This document shows positions 1-10,878 of a DNA stretch of 64,000 nt, in pieces. The notes beneath the pieces were generated by a model, which did no database searches, was not told where the DNA came from, and was given only the letters and a program-made list of their open reading frames with translations. The first letter of the stretch is position 1. Each line of letters opens with the position of its first letter. The stretch is from Calditrichia bacterium (GTDB lineage: Bacteria > Calditrichota > Calditrichia > JAJRVZ01), in the NCBI GenBank assembly GCA_963777955.1, contig CAVZSQ010000013.1, forward strand, positions 546,956-610,955. The letters run 5' to 3'. A program made the position numbers and the translations under genes.

Positions 1-800
1 AAAAATGTTTCGTTCCACTTATCAAAGCGGTTTAAGCCGCCGCCGTTTTGCACCAGGGCATGGCCGGTAGCTATCCATAGATAACCCGAATCGTCTTCAC
101 AGATGGAGCTGATTGTATTATAGCTAATACTTGCTGGATTTTTTGGATCGTATTGAAACACACGACTTGTTCCGCTAAACGGATCAAATCGTATCAAGCC
201 GTTCCACAACGTACCAATCCACAGGGTATTTTTGCTATCCATAAATAAAGCAGTTATACCATTATTGAAAATTTCGAGTTGGGGATTGGAGTCCCGATTA
301 TAATGCTTGAATTTTGGATTACCGCTACTATCCCATGACATATAAATAAGGCCATTTTCGACAGTACCCAACCAGAGGGAACTATCCTCATTCAAGATAA
401 TTTGCGTAACCGTATTGCTGCCTATATCATCTGGTTTCAGCGGATCATCCAGATAGCGGGTAAAGGTTTCTGTTCGTTGATCAAAGTAATTGAGTCCGCC
501 GCCGCGAGTGCCGATCCACAGATTTCCTTTGATATCCTCCTTGATGACAAATACCCAGTTTGCCGACAACGAAGTAGAATCGAACGGTTCCGGGTGGTAA
601 TGTTTTAGTTCATACCCATCATATCGGTATAAACCCACCTGGCCGCCGATCCAGATGAAACCGCGCGAATCGTGTAAAACACACATGGGTATGCCAATAG
701 GCAGATAGTCGAATTGCGGTTCAACCGATTGACAGATCAACAAAGAATAATAGAGCGATACCAAGGCGATAAATTTGTGAAATACTTTTAATCGATACAT
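1..800 (-). CDS. N-terminal part of a two-component-regulator beta-propeller (Reg_prop-type) sensor protein; runs off the left edge
   Basis: Not in the ORF track. Manual translation from ATG at 800 gives MYRLKVFHKFIALVSLYYSLL..., then propeller repeats HDSRGFIWIG...GLYRYDG and EDIKGNLWIGTRGGGLNYFD. Confidence 0.85.
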   Translation of the reverse strand, partial: MYRLKVFHKFIALVSLYYSLLICQSVEPQFDYLPIGIPMCVLHDSRGFIWIGGQVGLYRYDGYELKHYHPEPFDSTSLSANWVFVIKEDIKGNLWIGTRGGGLNYFDQRTETFTRYLDDPLKPDDIGSNTVTQIILNEDSSLWLGTVENGLIYMSWDSSGNPKFKHYNRDSNPQLEIFNNGITALFMDSKNTLWIGTLWNGLIRFDPFSGTSRVFQYDPKNPASISYNTISSICEDDSGYLWIATGHALVQNGGGLNRFDKWNETF

Positions 801-953
801 AGTGAAATATCAGTATTATGAGGAAAGATAGCATTAAAAAGTATTGATATTAACAGATCAAGTCAATACTAAAAAAGCATTCACTATAACTTGATATGAT
901 TCCTAAGAATGGATCTTTGAGATAAAAACTATATTATGTATTTAACTTTCTGC

Positions 954-1712
954 CTACCAACCTAATTTTTGTCGTAAAATTTTTCCCGAGGACCGGCTGA
1001 TGATCAACTCGGTATTTTTTTTGTCCTTCATTTTTGTTTTATAGCCGCCGGCAAACCAGGCTTCGATCATGGTAATGTAATTCAAATTGGCCAGTGTTGA
1101 ACGGTGGATACGGAAAAATTTGTCCGGATTTAAACGGGCCTGCAATTCATCCAGGGTATAATTGACCAGAAATTTAGCATCGTACAGATAGGCAAATACC
1201 AGACGATCTTCACTGGCCAGATAGATAATATCGTCATCAGATAAAATATAAATCTTATCTCCGATCCTGGAAGGGATGCGGGTCAGATATTCTTTGGCGG
1301 TGTTATAGTTGGCCAGCAGGTTTTTTATGGCAGCCAGGGCCGGTGCTCCGCTGCCCTGCCCGATTTTTTCTTTGACACGTTGAAAAGCCGAATTCAGGCG
1401 GTCCTGGGCAAACGGTTTGAGCAGGTAATCAACCGCCTGCAGTTCAAAGGCCTGTACCGCATACTGGTTATAAGCAGTGGTGAAAATAATCAACGGATGA
1501 TGTGAAATAATACGCAGCAGATCCAGACCTGATACATCGGGTAATTGAATATCAAGAAAAACCAGATCGGGTTTTTGAGAATCGATCAGCGCTGCAGCTT
1601 CACGGCCGCTGCGGGCTTGCCCGATCAACTGTATCTCCGGCAGATCCTGCAGCATCGCAGTCAACCTTTCCAGGGCCGGGAGTTCATCTTCAACTATGAT
1701 AGTGGTGATCAT
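954..1712 (-). CDS. LytTR-family response regulator
   Basis: Receiver motifs (IVEDE, FLDIQLP, FTTAY, DYLLKP) and LytTR FFRIHRS. Start at 1712 gives an ATGA overlap with the kinase stop. Confidence 0.95.
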   Translation of the reverse strand: MITTIIVEDELPALERLTAMLQDLPEIQLIGQARSGREAAALIDSQKPDLVFLDIQLPDVSGLDLLRIISHHPLIIFTTAYNQYAVQAFELQAVDYLLKPFAQDRLNSAFQRVKEKIGQGSGAPALAAIKNLLANYNTAKEYLTRIPSRIGDKIYILSDDDIIYLASEDRLVFAYLYDAKFLVNYTLDELQARLNPDKFFRIHRSTLANLNYITMIEAWFAGGYKTKMKDKKNTELIISRSSGKILRQKLGW

Positions 1713-2821
1713 GGCAGATCCCTGGGAATAGTAAAACAAACTTTGGTACCTGCTGAAACTTCGGAACTGATATCCATTTTGCCGCGATTTTTATATAACA
1801 ATTGCAGACGTTCAGCGATATTGCCCAGGGCCTGCCTGCTTTTGCCCGCCTGATTAACCAGGCCGGGCCTCATCCCGGCTCCATTATCTTTTATCTCTAT
1901 CACGATATTCTGATCATCCTCCTGTATAGCCACATTTATCGTTAAATTTTTTCGATCGGCAGGCCAGCCGTGACGGATCGAATTTTCCAGGATCGGTTGG
2001 ATCAGGAATACAGGCACTTTTTGTTTAAGGCTGCGCAGATTTTGCTGCCAGTGCAGTTGCAGCAGATCACCATACCGTGCTTTTAATAATTCCGCATATT
2101 CCCGGGCAAAAGCAATTTCCTGTCCTAATTCGGTTGTCTCTTTTCCGGAATTTTCAAAGATATAGCGAAAAAGATCACTCAACTTCAATACCAGATTTTC
2201 TGCCTGTTGCGGATCACTTTTAATTGCAGCGGCAATGGTGTTCAGTGTGTTGAACAGAAAATGCGGCTCCATCTGAGCCTGCAGAGCAGTCAGTTGAGCT
2301 TTTTGCGCAATACGGGTCTGTTTATCTCCCTGCCATTTTATTTCAATATAACTTCCAAGTAAACCGCCCAGGCCGAATAAAAACATCAGCGCAAAAAACG
2401 GAATTATTATGGTACGGAATTCATCGGTACGGATTACGGTTGAGATATCCGGCCGCATGGGCTCGGCCAGAAATGCAAAAAGTCCATTCCAGAGTTTGTC
2501 AGTTACCATGGGTTCCACTGCACTGAACGGAGTTAAAACGAAGTATTGAAAAAGCAGACCGATCAGGTATACGAAACAGGCCAGAATTGTATAGATAAAG
2601 GCTTTTAAAATCCACTGCTGTCCGGCAGTAAATACCGACAGTTTTGCCAGCAGTAATTTGTGCAGCAGCCACAGGGTGAGTGCAAAAGTAATGACATTAA
2701 AATATCCCATCAGCAAAGCCTGGCTGACGTGAGTTTTACTGACCAGATAAATTAATGATAAAAGGGCACCGCCGCTAACGACGGCGCCCAGTTTTAATAA
2801 TGTTTTTCTGCTGATTAACAT
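1709..2821 (-). CDS. LytS-type membrane sensor histidine kinase
   Basis: Transmembrane segments, LQAQMEPHFLFNTLN, QPILENSIRHG, DNGAG. Confidence 0.95.
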   Translation of the reverse strand: MLISRKTLLKLGAVVSGGALLSLIYLVSKTHVSQALLMGYFNVITFALTLWLLHKLLLAKLSVFTAGQQWILKAFIYTILACFVYLIGLLFQYFVLTPFSAVEPMVTDKLWNGLFAFLAEPMRPDISTVIRTDEFRTIIIPFFALMFLFGLGGLLGSYIEIKWQGDKQTRIAQKAQLTALQAQMEPHFLFNTLNTIAAAIKSDPQQAENLVLKLSDLFRYIFENSGKETTELGQEIAFAREYAELLKARYGDLLQLHWQQNLRSLKQKVPVFLIQPILENSIRHGWPADRKNLTINVAIQEDDQNIVIEIKDNGAGMRPGLVNQAGKSRQALGNIAERLQLLYKNRGKMDISSEVSAGTKVCFTIPRDLP

Positions 2822-3936
2822 CAGGTTGTTGATGCTGCCGGTTTAATTTCATGCCAAATATAGCCAATTAAACTGCCCATTCCAAAACAGACCGCGGCCA
2901 ATTCCAGCAACCAGCCTATAAGCGGAATTTTATCCAGCAATAGCACACATAGAATTCCTACTAACAAAGACCAGAACAGGGGTGATACACCGTTCTTTTT
3001 TATTTGACGCATGATCCAGTTACCAAGGAATATAGCAGTAAAAATATAAGAGAGATAAATAAGGATCATATAAACTGCTGCCAGGATTACCCCCAATGGT
3101 ATGGTCAGTATTAAAATAAGTAAAATTGCTGCCACCACCGGCGTTACTACCAGAAACAGAAATCCAAGACCCAGATGTTTCCAGATGCCGGTCTGACTGT
3201 AGGTCAGATAATCCTTGCTGAAACCCTTGCAGAACGATATCAACAGGATCCCGACTACCAGGAAGGATAGCAGCAACCAGTAGAAATAGACCCTTTGATA
3301 GAAATGTTTATAAGTTTTAATCGTGACTTTTAAATCTGCAGGAGCAAACCTGGTGCTTTTTTCATCAAGTGCTTTGGGCAGGGTGAGATTCGTACCCCCG
3401 GCAGCTGCATATAATGAATCAAAGCGTACCCAGCCTGCTTCCAGGCAAACGCTCCCGCCAACCTTTCCATTCAGGTAGGCGTCCCCGGCACCGCCATCGA
3501 TATTTCCATCAATGGTAGCGCCATTCAGATATAATTCACCCGTACCCACATGCAGGTTACCATGAATATGAGCATTTTCAGTCAGACGCAGTTCTCCGCA
3601 ATAGGCAAACAGATCGCCTTTGATTTCACTATCCACATAGATAGTCTGGGCAAAACCGACGGCATTATCTCCGACAGCTTCTTTAATGCTGAGTTCCCGG
3701 CAGGCAGCAAAAACGTCATCAGCGATGGGTGCCTCGATATTCGCTCGTTCACAGGCGATATAAATATCACCCAGGGCCGGTCCAAATATGTCCACAGTCC
3801 GGGCTGCTGCAAACAGATCATGATAAAGTGTATCCGCTTCTGTAACATGGATCTCTCCGGCACCAGTGCAATTCGCCGCCATACCGAATCCGGTCAGAAT
3901 TAAAGTGAAAATAACTAAGAACATTAACCTTTTCAT
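2821..3936 (-). CDS. Membrane protein with N-terminal bactofilin-like beta-helix repeats and C-terminal transmembrane helices
   Basis: Signal peptide, I-x-G-[DN]-[LV] repeats, then hydrophobic helices ending ...LLDKIPLIGWLL. Confidence 0.7.
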   Translation of the reverse strand: MKRLMFLVIFTLILTGFGMAANCTGAGEIHVTEADTLYHDLFAAARTVDIFGPALGDIYIACERANIEAPIADDVFAACRELSIKEAVGDNAVGFAQTIYVDSEIKGDLFAYCGELRLTENAHIHGNLHVGTGELYLNGATIDGNIDGGAGDAYLNGKVGGSVCLEAGWVRFDSLYAAAGGTNLTLPKALDEKSTRFAPADLKVTIKTYKHFYQRVYFYWLLLSFLVVGILLISFCKGFSKDYLTYSQTGIWKHLGLGFLFLVVTPVVAAILLILILTIPLGVILAAVYMILIYLSYIFTAIFLGNWIMRQIKKNGVSPLFWSLLVGILCVLLLDKIPLIGWLLELAAVCFGMGSLIGYIWHEIKPAASTT

Positions 3937-4153
3937 TTTTTCTCCTTTTTACTTATAAAAACCGTGATAAATATACCTATACCTTAAACAGAACCAATAA
4001 AGATCGTACCAGCAGTCGTTTACAGTGACGAGTTGTAGAAAAAAGGTCTTGAGTGGATTGAAAATGATGAAAGTCATAAGGTTTATAATATTCAGCTTGA
4101 TATATAAATAAATTTTGAACAAGTTAATTTTATCCTATAAAAGGAGGCCTGCT

Positions 4154-6084
4154 ATGCGACGAAGTTTTATGATCATGATCTCCATTTTAATCTCATTCTT
4201 TTTATTAACAGTCACTAGAAACTAAATGCGCAGGTCCTGGAACAGGACTCGCTGGCCCTGGTGGCGCTCTACAACGGCACAAACGGTGACGGCTGGACCA
4301 ACAGTACCAACTGGTTTAGCGGGAATGTCTCTACCTGGTACGGAATAGTAGTTGCCGATAACCGGGTAACACAAATAAACCTGGGGAATAATAATTTGAC
4401 AGGTACACTACCGGCAGAAATCGGTAATCTGACTCAGCTGCTGTTTCTGAGAGTCGGCAACAATGCATTAAGTGGTCCCATACCATCGCAAATCGGCAAT
4501 TGCGTAAATCTCATTCTAATTCAAATTTACAATAATCAATTCAGTGGTTCGATACCTCCTGAAATTGGTAATTTAACTAATGTTAGTACACTGCAATTGA
4601 GCAACAATCAATTGAGCGGTGCCATCCCGGTCGAAATCGGTAATCTTATTAATTTACAACATCTGGAATTATTCGGTAATCCCCTCACCGGCACCATTCC
4701 CGTGGAAATCGGTAATCTCACTATTTTGCAGTGGTTGGAACTTTATAATACGTCCATCAGCGGTAGCATACCCGCTGAAATCGGAAATCTTACTAACTTA
4801 AGGTATTTAAATCTGGGTCAGAATGATTTAAGTGGGGCGCTGCCGGCAGAAATTGGTAATATGGTCTCTTTAGAATCACTGCATTTGTCAAACAATGAGT
4901 TTAGCGGTTCGCTCCCGCCGGAAATCGGTAATCTGGATAGTCTGTACATGTTCGCCCTTTCGCATAACAATTTTAGTGGAGAAATTCCCGGCGAAATTGG
5001 TGACATGGCTAAACTCAGATATATCTATTTCGAACAAAATCAGTTTGAAGGTGCAATTCCTGCGGGAATTTCCAATCTTACCGGACTGGAACAATTGAGT
5101 ATCCGTTATAATCAAATGAGCGGTGAGATCCCTGCTGAAATATACAGCATGACGAAATTAACCGATTTATCCCTGTCATATAATCAATTCACCGGATCCA
5201 TTCCTGAAGATATCGGTAATCTTACTGCTTTGACTGGTCTTTTTCTCGACGGAAACCACTTATCGGGTACTATACCGGCGGGTATCGGAGCACTTACTGA
5301 GCTGAGATGGATTTATCTTCAAGAAAACCAATTCTCAGATTCCATCCCTGCCGACCTGGCTAATCTATCAAAATTACAGGAATTGAGAATTCATGATAAC
5401 TTTTTTTCCGGATTGCCCGATTTAAGTTCACTGACTGCTCTGTATGCGTTCACCATCGAAAATAACGGCTTCACTTTTGAAGATATTGAAAGCAATGTCG
5501 GTATTTCCGGTTTTACGTATGCTCCACAGGACAGTGTGGGAAAACAAATTGATTCTACACTGTCACTGGGAGGATACTTACAAATGTATGTTACTGTCGG
5601 CGGTACGGCAAACCAATACCAGTGGATGAAACACGAAGTGGATATTACAGGGGCGACGGATAGTGTATTTATCATATCTTCTGCACAGTTAACGGATTCC
5701 GGTTCATATATATGTAAAATCACCAACACGATCGCCACAGGCTTAACATTGTACAGCAGACCGGTCAATGTTTCGGTAATCGATCCTTCAGCAATAACAG
5801 AAATGTTGCCGACTCTTCCCACTGCATACGATTTATACCAGAATTATCCGAATCCGTTTAATTCAAGCACCAATATCCAATTCTCAATTCCCAATTCTGA
5901 ATTTGTAACTTTGGAAGTTTACAACTTACTTGGCCAGCAAGTGGCTATACTAATGAATGAGAAGTGTGAGGCGGATTATTATACAATACTATTTGATGCT
6001 ACCCGTTTGACCAGTGGTGTTTATTTCTGCACCATCCGGGCCGGTCAATTCCAAGCCGTCAAAAAAATGCTATTGGTAAAATAG
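4154..6084 (+). CDS. Secreted leucine-rich-repeat protein with Ig-like domain and C-terminal sorting domain; frameshift near 4220
   Basis: AAGGAGG at 4141 and ATG at 4154 give a signal peptide that continues in another frame as LNAQVLEQDSLAL. About 16 24-aa LxxLxLxxNxLSGxIP repeats; QNYPNPFN tail. Confidence 0.9.
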
Positions 6085-6162
6085 TATCATCACTATTTGA
6101 AATACTAATGATTACTGAACAATCCAAATTATTTGCACGGTTTTAATCTTACGGGGGTCGAC

Positions 6163-7518
6163 GTGAAAAACAGTTATATCACTGCAATTTCCATATTTTT
6201 ATTATCTTTATTTACAATACCAAAAACTATTAATGCCCAGGAACGTGAACAGGACTCGCTGGCACTTGTTGCAATTTATAACAGTATGGGTGGTGAAAAC
6301 TGGAATGACCGCACCAACTGGTTGACTGCAGAACCTATTAATAACTGGTATGGTATCAACGTTTCCAATAACCGTGTGGTGCAAATATATCTGGGGAGCA
6401 ATAATCTGATCGGGAACCTGCCGGAAGAAATAGGTAATCTAACCAAATTAGAAAATTTGGTTCTTTATGGTAATCATATTGAAAATCCATTGCCCGTATC
6501 GTTAAAAAATTTAACTTCCCTGTGGGAAGTTGTTCTGAACGGCAATGAACTGACAGGAACCTTTCCACTAGATTTGTGCGATATGACTACTCTGACACAC
6601 ATTAATTTACAGCACAACCAACTGTCCGGCTCTATTCCTGCAGAGATTGGTAAATTAACCAATCTAATAGATTTGCATCTGAGTTATAACCAATTTGACG
6701 GGAATCTCCCGGTGGAATTGGGAAGTCTAACAAAATTAGACGGATTGTTCCTCAGTGGAAACCAGTTATCCGGTGCTATACCGGCTGAATTTGTAAATCT
6801 AACCGGGTTGATGAATTTAGTTTTAGATAATAATAATTTTGACCAGTTACCGGACCTAAGTTCTCTGGCCAATCTTAGTGATCTTAATGTCGAATTCAAT
6901 CGCTTCACATTCGCGGATATTGAACCTAATATCGGAATCCCAAATTTTACCTACTCACCGCAGGACAGCATCGGGGCAAGTAAAGATACGACTATCGCTG
7001 TTGGAAGCCAGATTGAATTATCGATTACTGTCGGCGGTACTGCCAACCAGTACCAGTGGATGAAAGATGGAGTTGATATTCCGGAAGCCGTTGCCAGTAC
7101 CTATACAATTTCATCTGCCCAGGCAGCGGACGCCGGCTCTTATGTTTGTAAGATCAGCAATACGCTTGTCACCGAACTGGTTCTATACAGCAGACCGATC
7201 GATGTAACCGTGGAAGAATCCAGTGCGCTGGCTGGTTTTTCACCGCAAATTCCTGTGGATTATCAATTATTTCAGAATTATCCCAATCCATTTAATCCAA
7301 GCACCAATATCCAATTCTCAATTCCCAAATCTGAATTCGTTAGGCTGGCAATTTATAACTTGCTTGGCCAACAAGTGGCTATACTAATGAATGAAATGTG
7401 TGAGGCGGGTTATCATATAATACTATTTGATGCGGCGCAATTAACCAGCGGTGTATATTTCTGCACAATACGTGCGGATCGGTATACGGCAGTAAAAAAG
7501 ATGCTGCTGGTTAAATAG
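6163..7518 (+). CDS. Paralogous secreted LRR-Ig protein with C-terminal sorting domain
   Basis: GTG start at 6163, signal peptide, same EQDSLALVA cap, about 8 LRRs, Ig domain YQWMKDG, QNYPNPFNPST tail. Confidence 0.9.
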   Translation: MKNSYITAISIFLLSLFTIPKTINAQEREQDSLALVAIYNSMGGENWNDRTNWLTAEPINNWYGINVSNNRVVQIYLGSNNLIGNLPEEIGNLTKLENLVLYGNHIENPLPVSLKNLTSLWEVVLNGNELTGTFPLDLCDMTTLTHINLQHNQLSGSIPAEIGKLTNLIDLHLSYNQFDGNLPVELGSLTKLDGLFLSGNQLSGAIPAEFVNLTGLMNLVLDNNNFDQLPDLSSLANLSDLNVEFNRFTFADIEPNIGIPNFTYSPQDSIGASKDTTIAVGSQIELSITVGGTANQYQWMKDGVDIPEAVASTYTISSAQAADAGSYVCKISNTLVTELVLYSRPIDVTVEESSALAGFSPQIPVDYQLFQNYPNPFNPSTNIQFSIPKSEFVRLAIYNLLGQQVAILMNEMCEAGYHIILFDAAQLTSGVYFCTIRADRYTAVKKMLLVK

Positions 7519-7523
7519 TTTTA

Positions 7524-7574
7524 ATCTCCGTGGGACTTCGTGACATATTTTGTTACACGAAGTCCCACGAAGAT
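7524..7574. repeat. Inverted repeat built from CTTCGTG/CACGAAG units between convergent genes
   Basis: ATCTCCGTGGGACTTCGTG (7524-7542) pairs with CACGAAGTCCCACGAAGAT (7556-7574), 18 of 19 positions. Confidence 0.8.
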
Positions 7575-7609
7575 CCGCGGTGAAAAGACATGAAGAGATA
7601 CTGGATAGT

Positions 7610-8743
7610 TCAAAACATTACATCATGTGACGTTATCTTTTTAGCCAGGATGCATCTTTTTTCATAAGCCTCCCGGGCGATACGAATATCTTCCAGATAG
7701 ATGGGTAACTCATCAAGATATAAGGCCTGCGGTCCGTCGACCAGTGCTTTTTTAGGAAACGGATGAAAATCGACCAGGACCATATTAGCGCCGGCAATAA
7801 TGCCTTGCGCCGTGGCATGAAATATTTCCATCAGACCATCCGGGGCTTTATCCCGTGAACCGACCGAATGAGAAGGATCGATACACACCGGCATGCGGGT
7901 CAGGCGCTTGACCACCGGAACATGCACAAAATCCACGAAGTTTCTATGCGGATCGCCCAGAGAAGTTTTAATCCCCCGCAGGCAAAAAATAACGTTTGCA
8001 TTCCCTGCACTGGCTAAATACTCTGCAGCATTCAGCGATTCACTCAGGGTGATGCCAAATCCGCGTTTCAATAATACCGGGAACTCCTTCTGCCGACCGA
8101 TTGTTTTTAACAGTTCAAAGTTTTGAATATTGCGGGTCCCGATCTGTAAAATAACACCCGTCGGACGCCCTGTTTGTTCCAGGCAATTCTTTATTTCATC
8201 CATGTGCTTTTCATGCGTCACTTCCATGGCAATCACTTTTATGCCATATTTCCCGGCCAGTTCGAAACACATAAGGCAGGCAACTTTCTACCATGTCCCT
8301 GAAACGAATACGGATTGGTCCTGGGTTTGTAAGCACCCATGCGGGTACAGTATCTGCCCGTTTTCGCGCAGCGCTTTCATCATCAGTTCTGTATGTTCTC
8401 TTGAATCTACAGCGCACAGACCGGCAAAAACATGGAGGTTCTCCTGGCTGAAATGGACCCCGTTATAATCAAATCCGACGGCCCGGTTTTTGTCTTTGTG
8501 CCGGCCGATAATCCGGTATGCTTCGGAGATCCTGATCACCCGTTCGACGGTGGGCAGGGCTGCTATCTGTTCCCGGTCGATTTTGGATGTATCGCCGATC
8601 AGGTAGATCTCGGTCAGTTTCTGCTGTTTTCCTGAAATGATATGTTTCTTAATCTGAACATCCGGCAGAGCGTTCAATATTTTCCAGGTTTCAATAAATT
8701 CCTTTGATTTCTCATCCGTGTTGGGGTGAAGAATTACCAGCAT
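7610..8743 (-). CDS. aroF: 3-deoxy-7-phosphoheptulonate (DAHP) synthase, type I-beta-like with N-terminal regulatory domain; about three frameshifts at ~8265-8350
   Basis: FAGLCAVDS; the intermediate frame reads RMGAYKPRTNPYSFQGHG; then LQIGTRNIQNF, LLKRG, IDPSH, DGPQ. Confidence 0.85.
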
Positions 8744-8876
8744 GCGACGATCCTCTTCTGCTATTGTTGTATTTTCGTATTGATTATATCTTTGATTTTA
8801 TCTACACAATATTAATAATAAAATGTACTTTACGAAATAATTAATATACCCTTATCAGAATTCATATAAGAAAATA

Positions 8877-8979
8877 TTACACGAAGTCCTACGGCGAAGC
8901 AGCACGAAGGTACACGAAGATTAATTCAAGATAAACCTCGCCGAAGGTCTTCATTATTTCTTCGTGGATCTTCGTGTAA
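8877..8979. repeat. Small element with terminal inverted repeats TTACACGAAG...CTTCGTGTAA and internal CACGAAG units
   Basis: 10-bp terminal inverted repeat; same units as the 7524-7574 repeat. Confidence 0.65.
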
Positions 8980-9038
8980 GAATTTATTTTTCGAAGTATG
9001 GCCGACTGGCACCTGTTTTATTTTGATGTTATGGCATA

Positions 9039-9491
9039 TTACTTGATAACTTTTTCAAAACACAGACTGTTTTCTTTACCGGCGTATTGTCCAAAGTTTG
9101 GAATGCGGGTGTATCCATTCTTTTCATAAAGTCTGATTGCTTCCGGCTGTCGTTTTCCGGTTTCCAGGATACATTTTTCGCAGGACAATTCAGCCGCCCA
9201 TTTTTCTAAATCAGTTAAAACTCCGGTTGCTATTCCTTTGCCTCTGTATTCCGGCAATGTGTACATTCTTTTAATTTCAGCAATATTCGGTGCATATTGT
9301 TTTATTGCCCCGCAGCTGACCGGTTTATCATTGTCATAGGCGACAATGACAAATTTAATTTTATCGATTTTGTTGAATTGCGCATAAAAGGCATGTTCAT
9401 CCCCGTCTCTTTCGGCCAACTCGGCATCAAGGTGTTTTACCAGCTCAATAAAATCACTGTTTTCAGAATTTGTTCGTACTATTCTAAGCAT
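9039..9491 (-). CDS. GNAT-family N-acetyltransferase
   Basis: AEIKRMYTLPEYRGKGIA, LETGKRQPEAIRLYEKNGY. Confidence 0.92.
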   Translation of the reverse strand: MLRIVRTNSENSDFIELVKHLDAELAERDGDEHAFYAQFNKIDKIKFVIVAYDNDKPVSCGAIKQYAPNIAEIKRMYTLPEYRGKGIATGVLTDLEKWAAELSCEKCILETGKRQPEAIRLYEKNGYTRIPNFGQYAGKENSLCFEKVIK

Positions 9492-9589
9492 CTAAAGTTT
9501 GTTTAGCAGTAACGGTGTCATTATCAAATAGAAAATAATCGTATTCCTGATTTCCTCACACCTGATATATTATCTCGTGGAATCACTCT

Positions 9590-10831
9590 CTACGGCTCTG
9601 TGGATGGGAGGATATATTCACTTATAATATTTTTTATAGGTACCTTTTCGGCAGTATAGTAATTCCCTGCCGTCGAAACCACAACCAGGTTCCCGGCGGG
9701 GTAAACTATGATCCACTGGCCGCCCCAGCCCGCCGCCAGGTATGCCGGAAATTCGGTACCGTTAACGCTATCCCACTGCCACCACTGGTACCCGTATCCG
9801 TCGGCCCATGTATATTCATTTGAATATTGATTTGGATCTATAAATTTTTGCGTAGACACATTTACCCATTCCTGCGAAATGATCCGCTCACCGTTCCATA
9901 CACCTCTGTTTAGAAAAAGAGTGCCGAATTTAGCCATATCCCTGGGCCGCAGCATCAAATCTCCCGAAGCAAAAACGACATTATTGCTAAGATGCTGCCA
10001 TTCAAAATCCACGATTCCGAGTTTACTGAACAAATAGGTATCAGAAAACTCATCCAGAGTTAAGTCGCTTGCTAGATGAACGATTTCTCCCAATACATTC
10101 GTATTGCAATTGTCATAATCGAAAACGGTACCGGGAGTTTCGGATAATGGCTGCTTAAGGATATAGCGCAGCGGATCATTTGTCGTGAACAGTTGATATA
10201 TATCATTGCGGGGATCGGAATAGGGAAATGTTTCGTCATCCCACTCGATTCCGGAGGTCATGGTGAGTAGATGTTTTATGGTAAGTTCCCGCTTCTCCTC
10301 AGCCCCGGCAAGAAGATCGGAGTATTCCGGGAAAAAATCGAACACTTTTTCTTCTACTGAATCGACGAAACCTTTATCGATGGCGATACCGACCAGCGCC
10401 GATACTATGCTCTTCGTCGCCGAACAGAGTGTATGTGTATCATCCCTGTTGAATCCCATTTCTCCGGTGTACTCTGCCAGGCAAAATTTTTGACCTTCGA
10501 AATATTCCTCGAAAACCAGTTTCCCATCCTTCACAACAAGAAGACTGTGTATGTTATGATCCTTGATGTAGTTTAAGCTGTTCAGCAATCTCTCTAAATA
10601 TGTATAATCCATTCCTACTGCAGACAGGGATGCCGTTTCCCACCCATCACCGGTTTGCCCCGGAACGACATAATGATATTCTCCGGCAATAGGATTAAAA
10701 GGGAGCTGGCCCTTCTGGCAAGAAAGTAGACCGCAACAGAAATGGATGTAAAAAATCAGTAAAAGAAAGTTACCGGGTGTAGGCCAGATTCTGGCTTCCT
10801 GCCGATCATTCCCTGCGTAGGCATTCTTCAT
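9590..10831 (-). CDS. Serine hydrolase, beta-lactamase (AmpC-like) family
   Basis: SATK (SxxK), HLLTMTSG, FDYDN, GWGGQ. Confidence 0.9.
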   Translation of the reverse strand: MKNAYAGNDRQEARIWPTPGNFLLLIFYIHFCCGLLSCQKGQLPFNPIAGEYHYVVPGQTGDGWETASLSAVGMDYTYLERLLNSLNYIKDHNIHSLLVVKDGKLVFEEYFEGQKFCLAEYTGEMGFNRDDTHTLCSATKSIVSALVGIAIDKGFVDSVEEKVFDFFPEYSDLLAGAEEKRELTIKHLLTMTSGIEWDDETFPYSDPRNDIYQLFTTNDPLRYILKQPLSETPGTVFDYDNCNTNVLGEIVHLASDLTLDEFSDTYLFSKLGIVDFEWQHLSNNVVFASGDLMLRPRDMAKFGTLFLNRGVWNGERIISQEWVNVSTQKFIDPNQYSNEYTWADGYGYQWWQWDSVNGTEFPAYLAAGWGGQWIIVYPAGNLVVVSTAGNYYTAEKVPIKNIISEYILPSTEP

Positions 10832-10878
10832 TAGAAAACTCCCCTATGTGATAATAAAACCTGTATCCGTTCAAAAAT

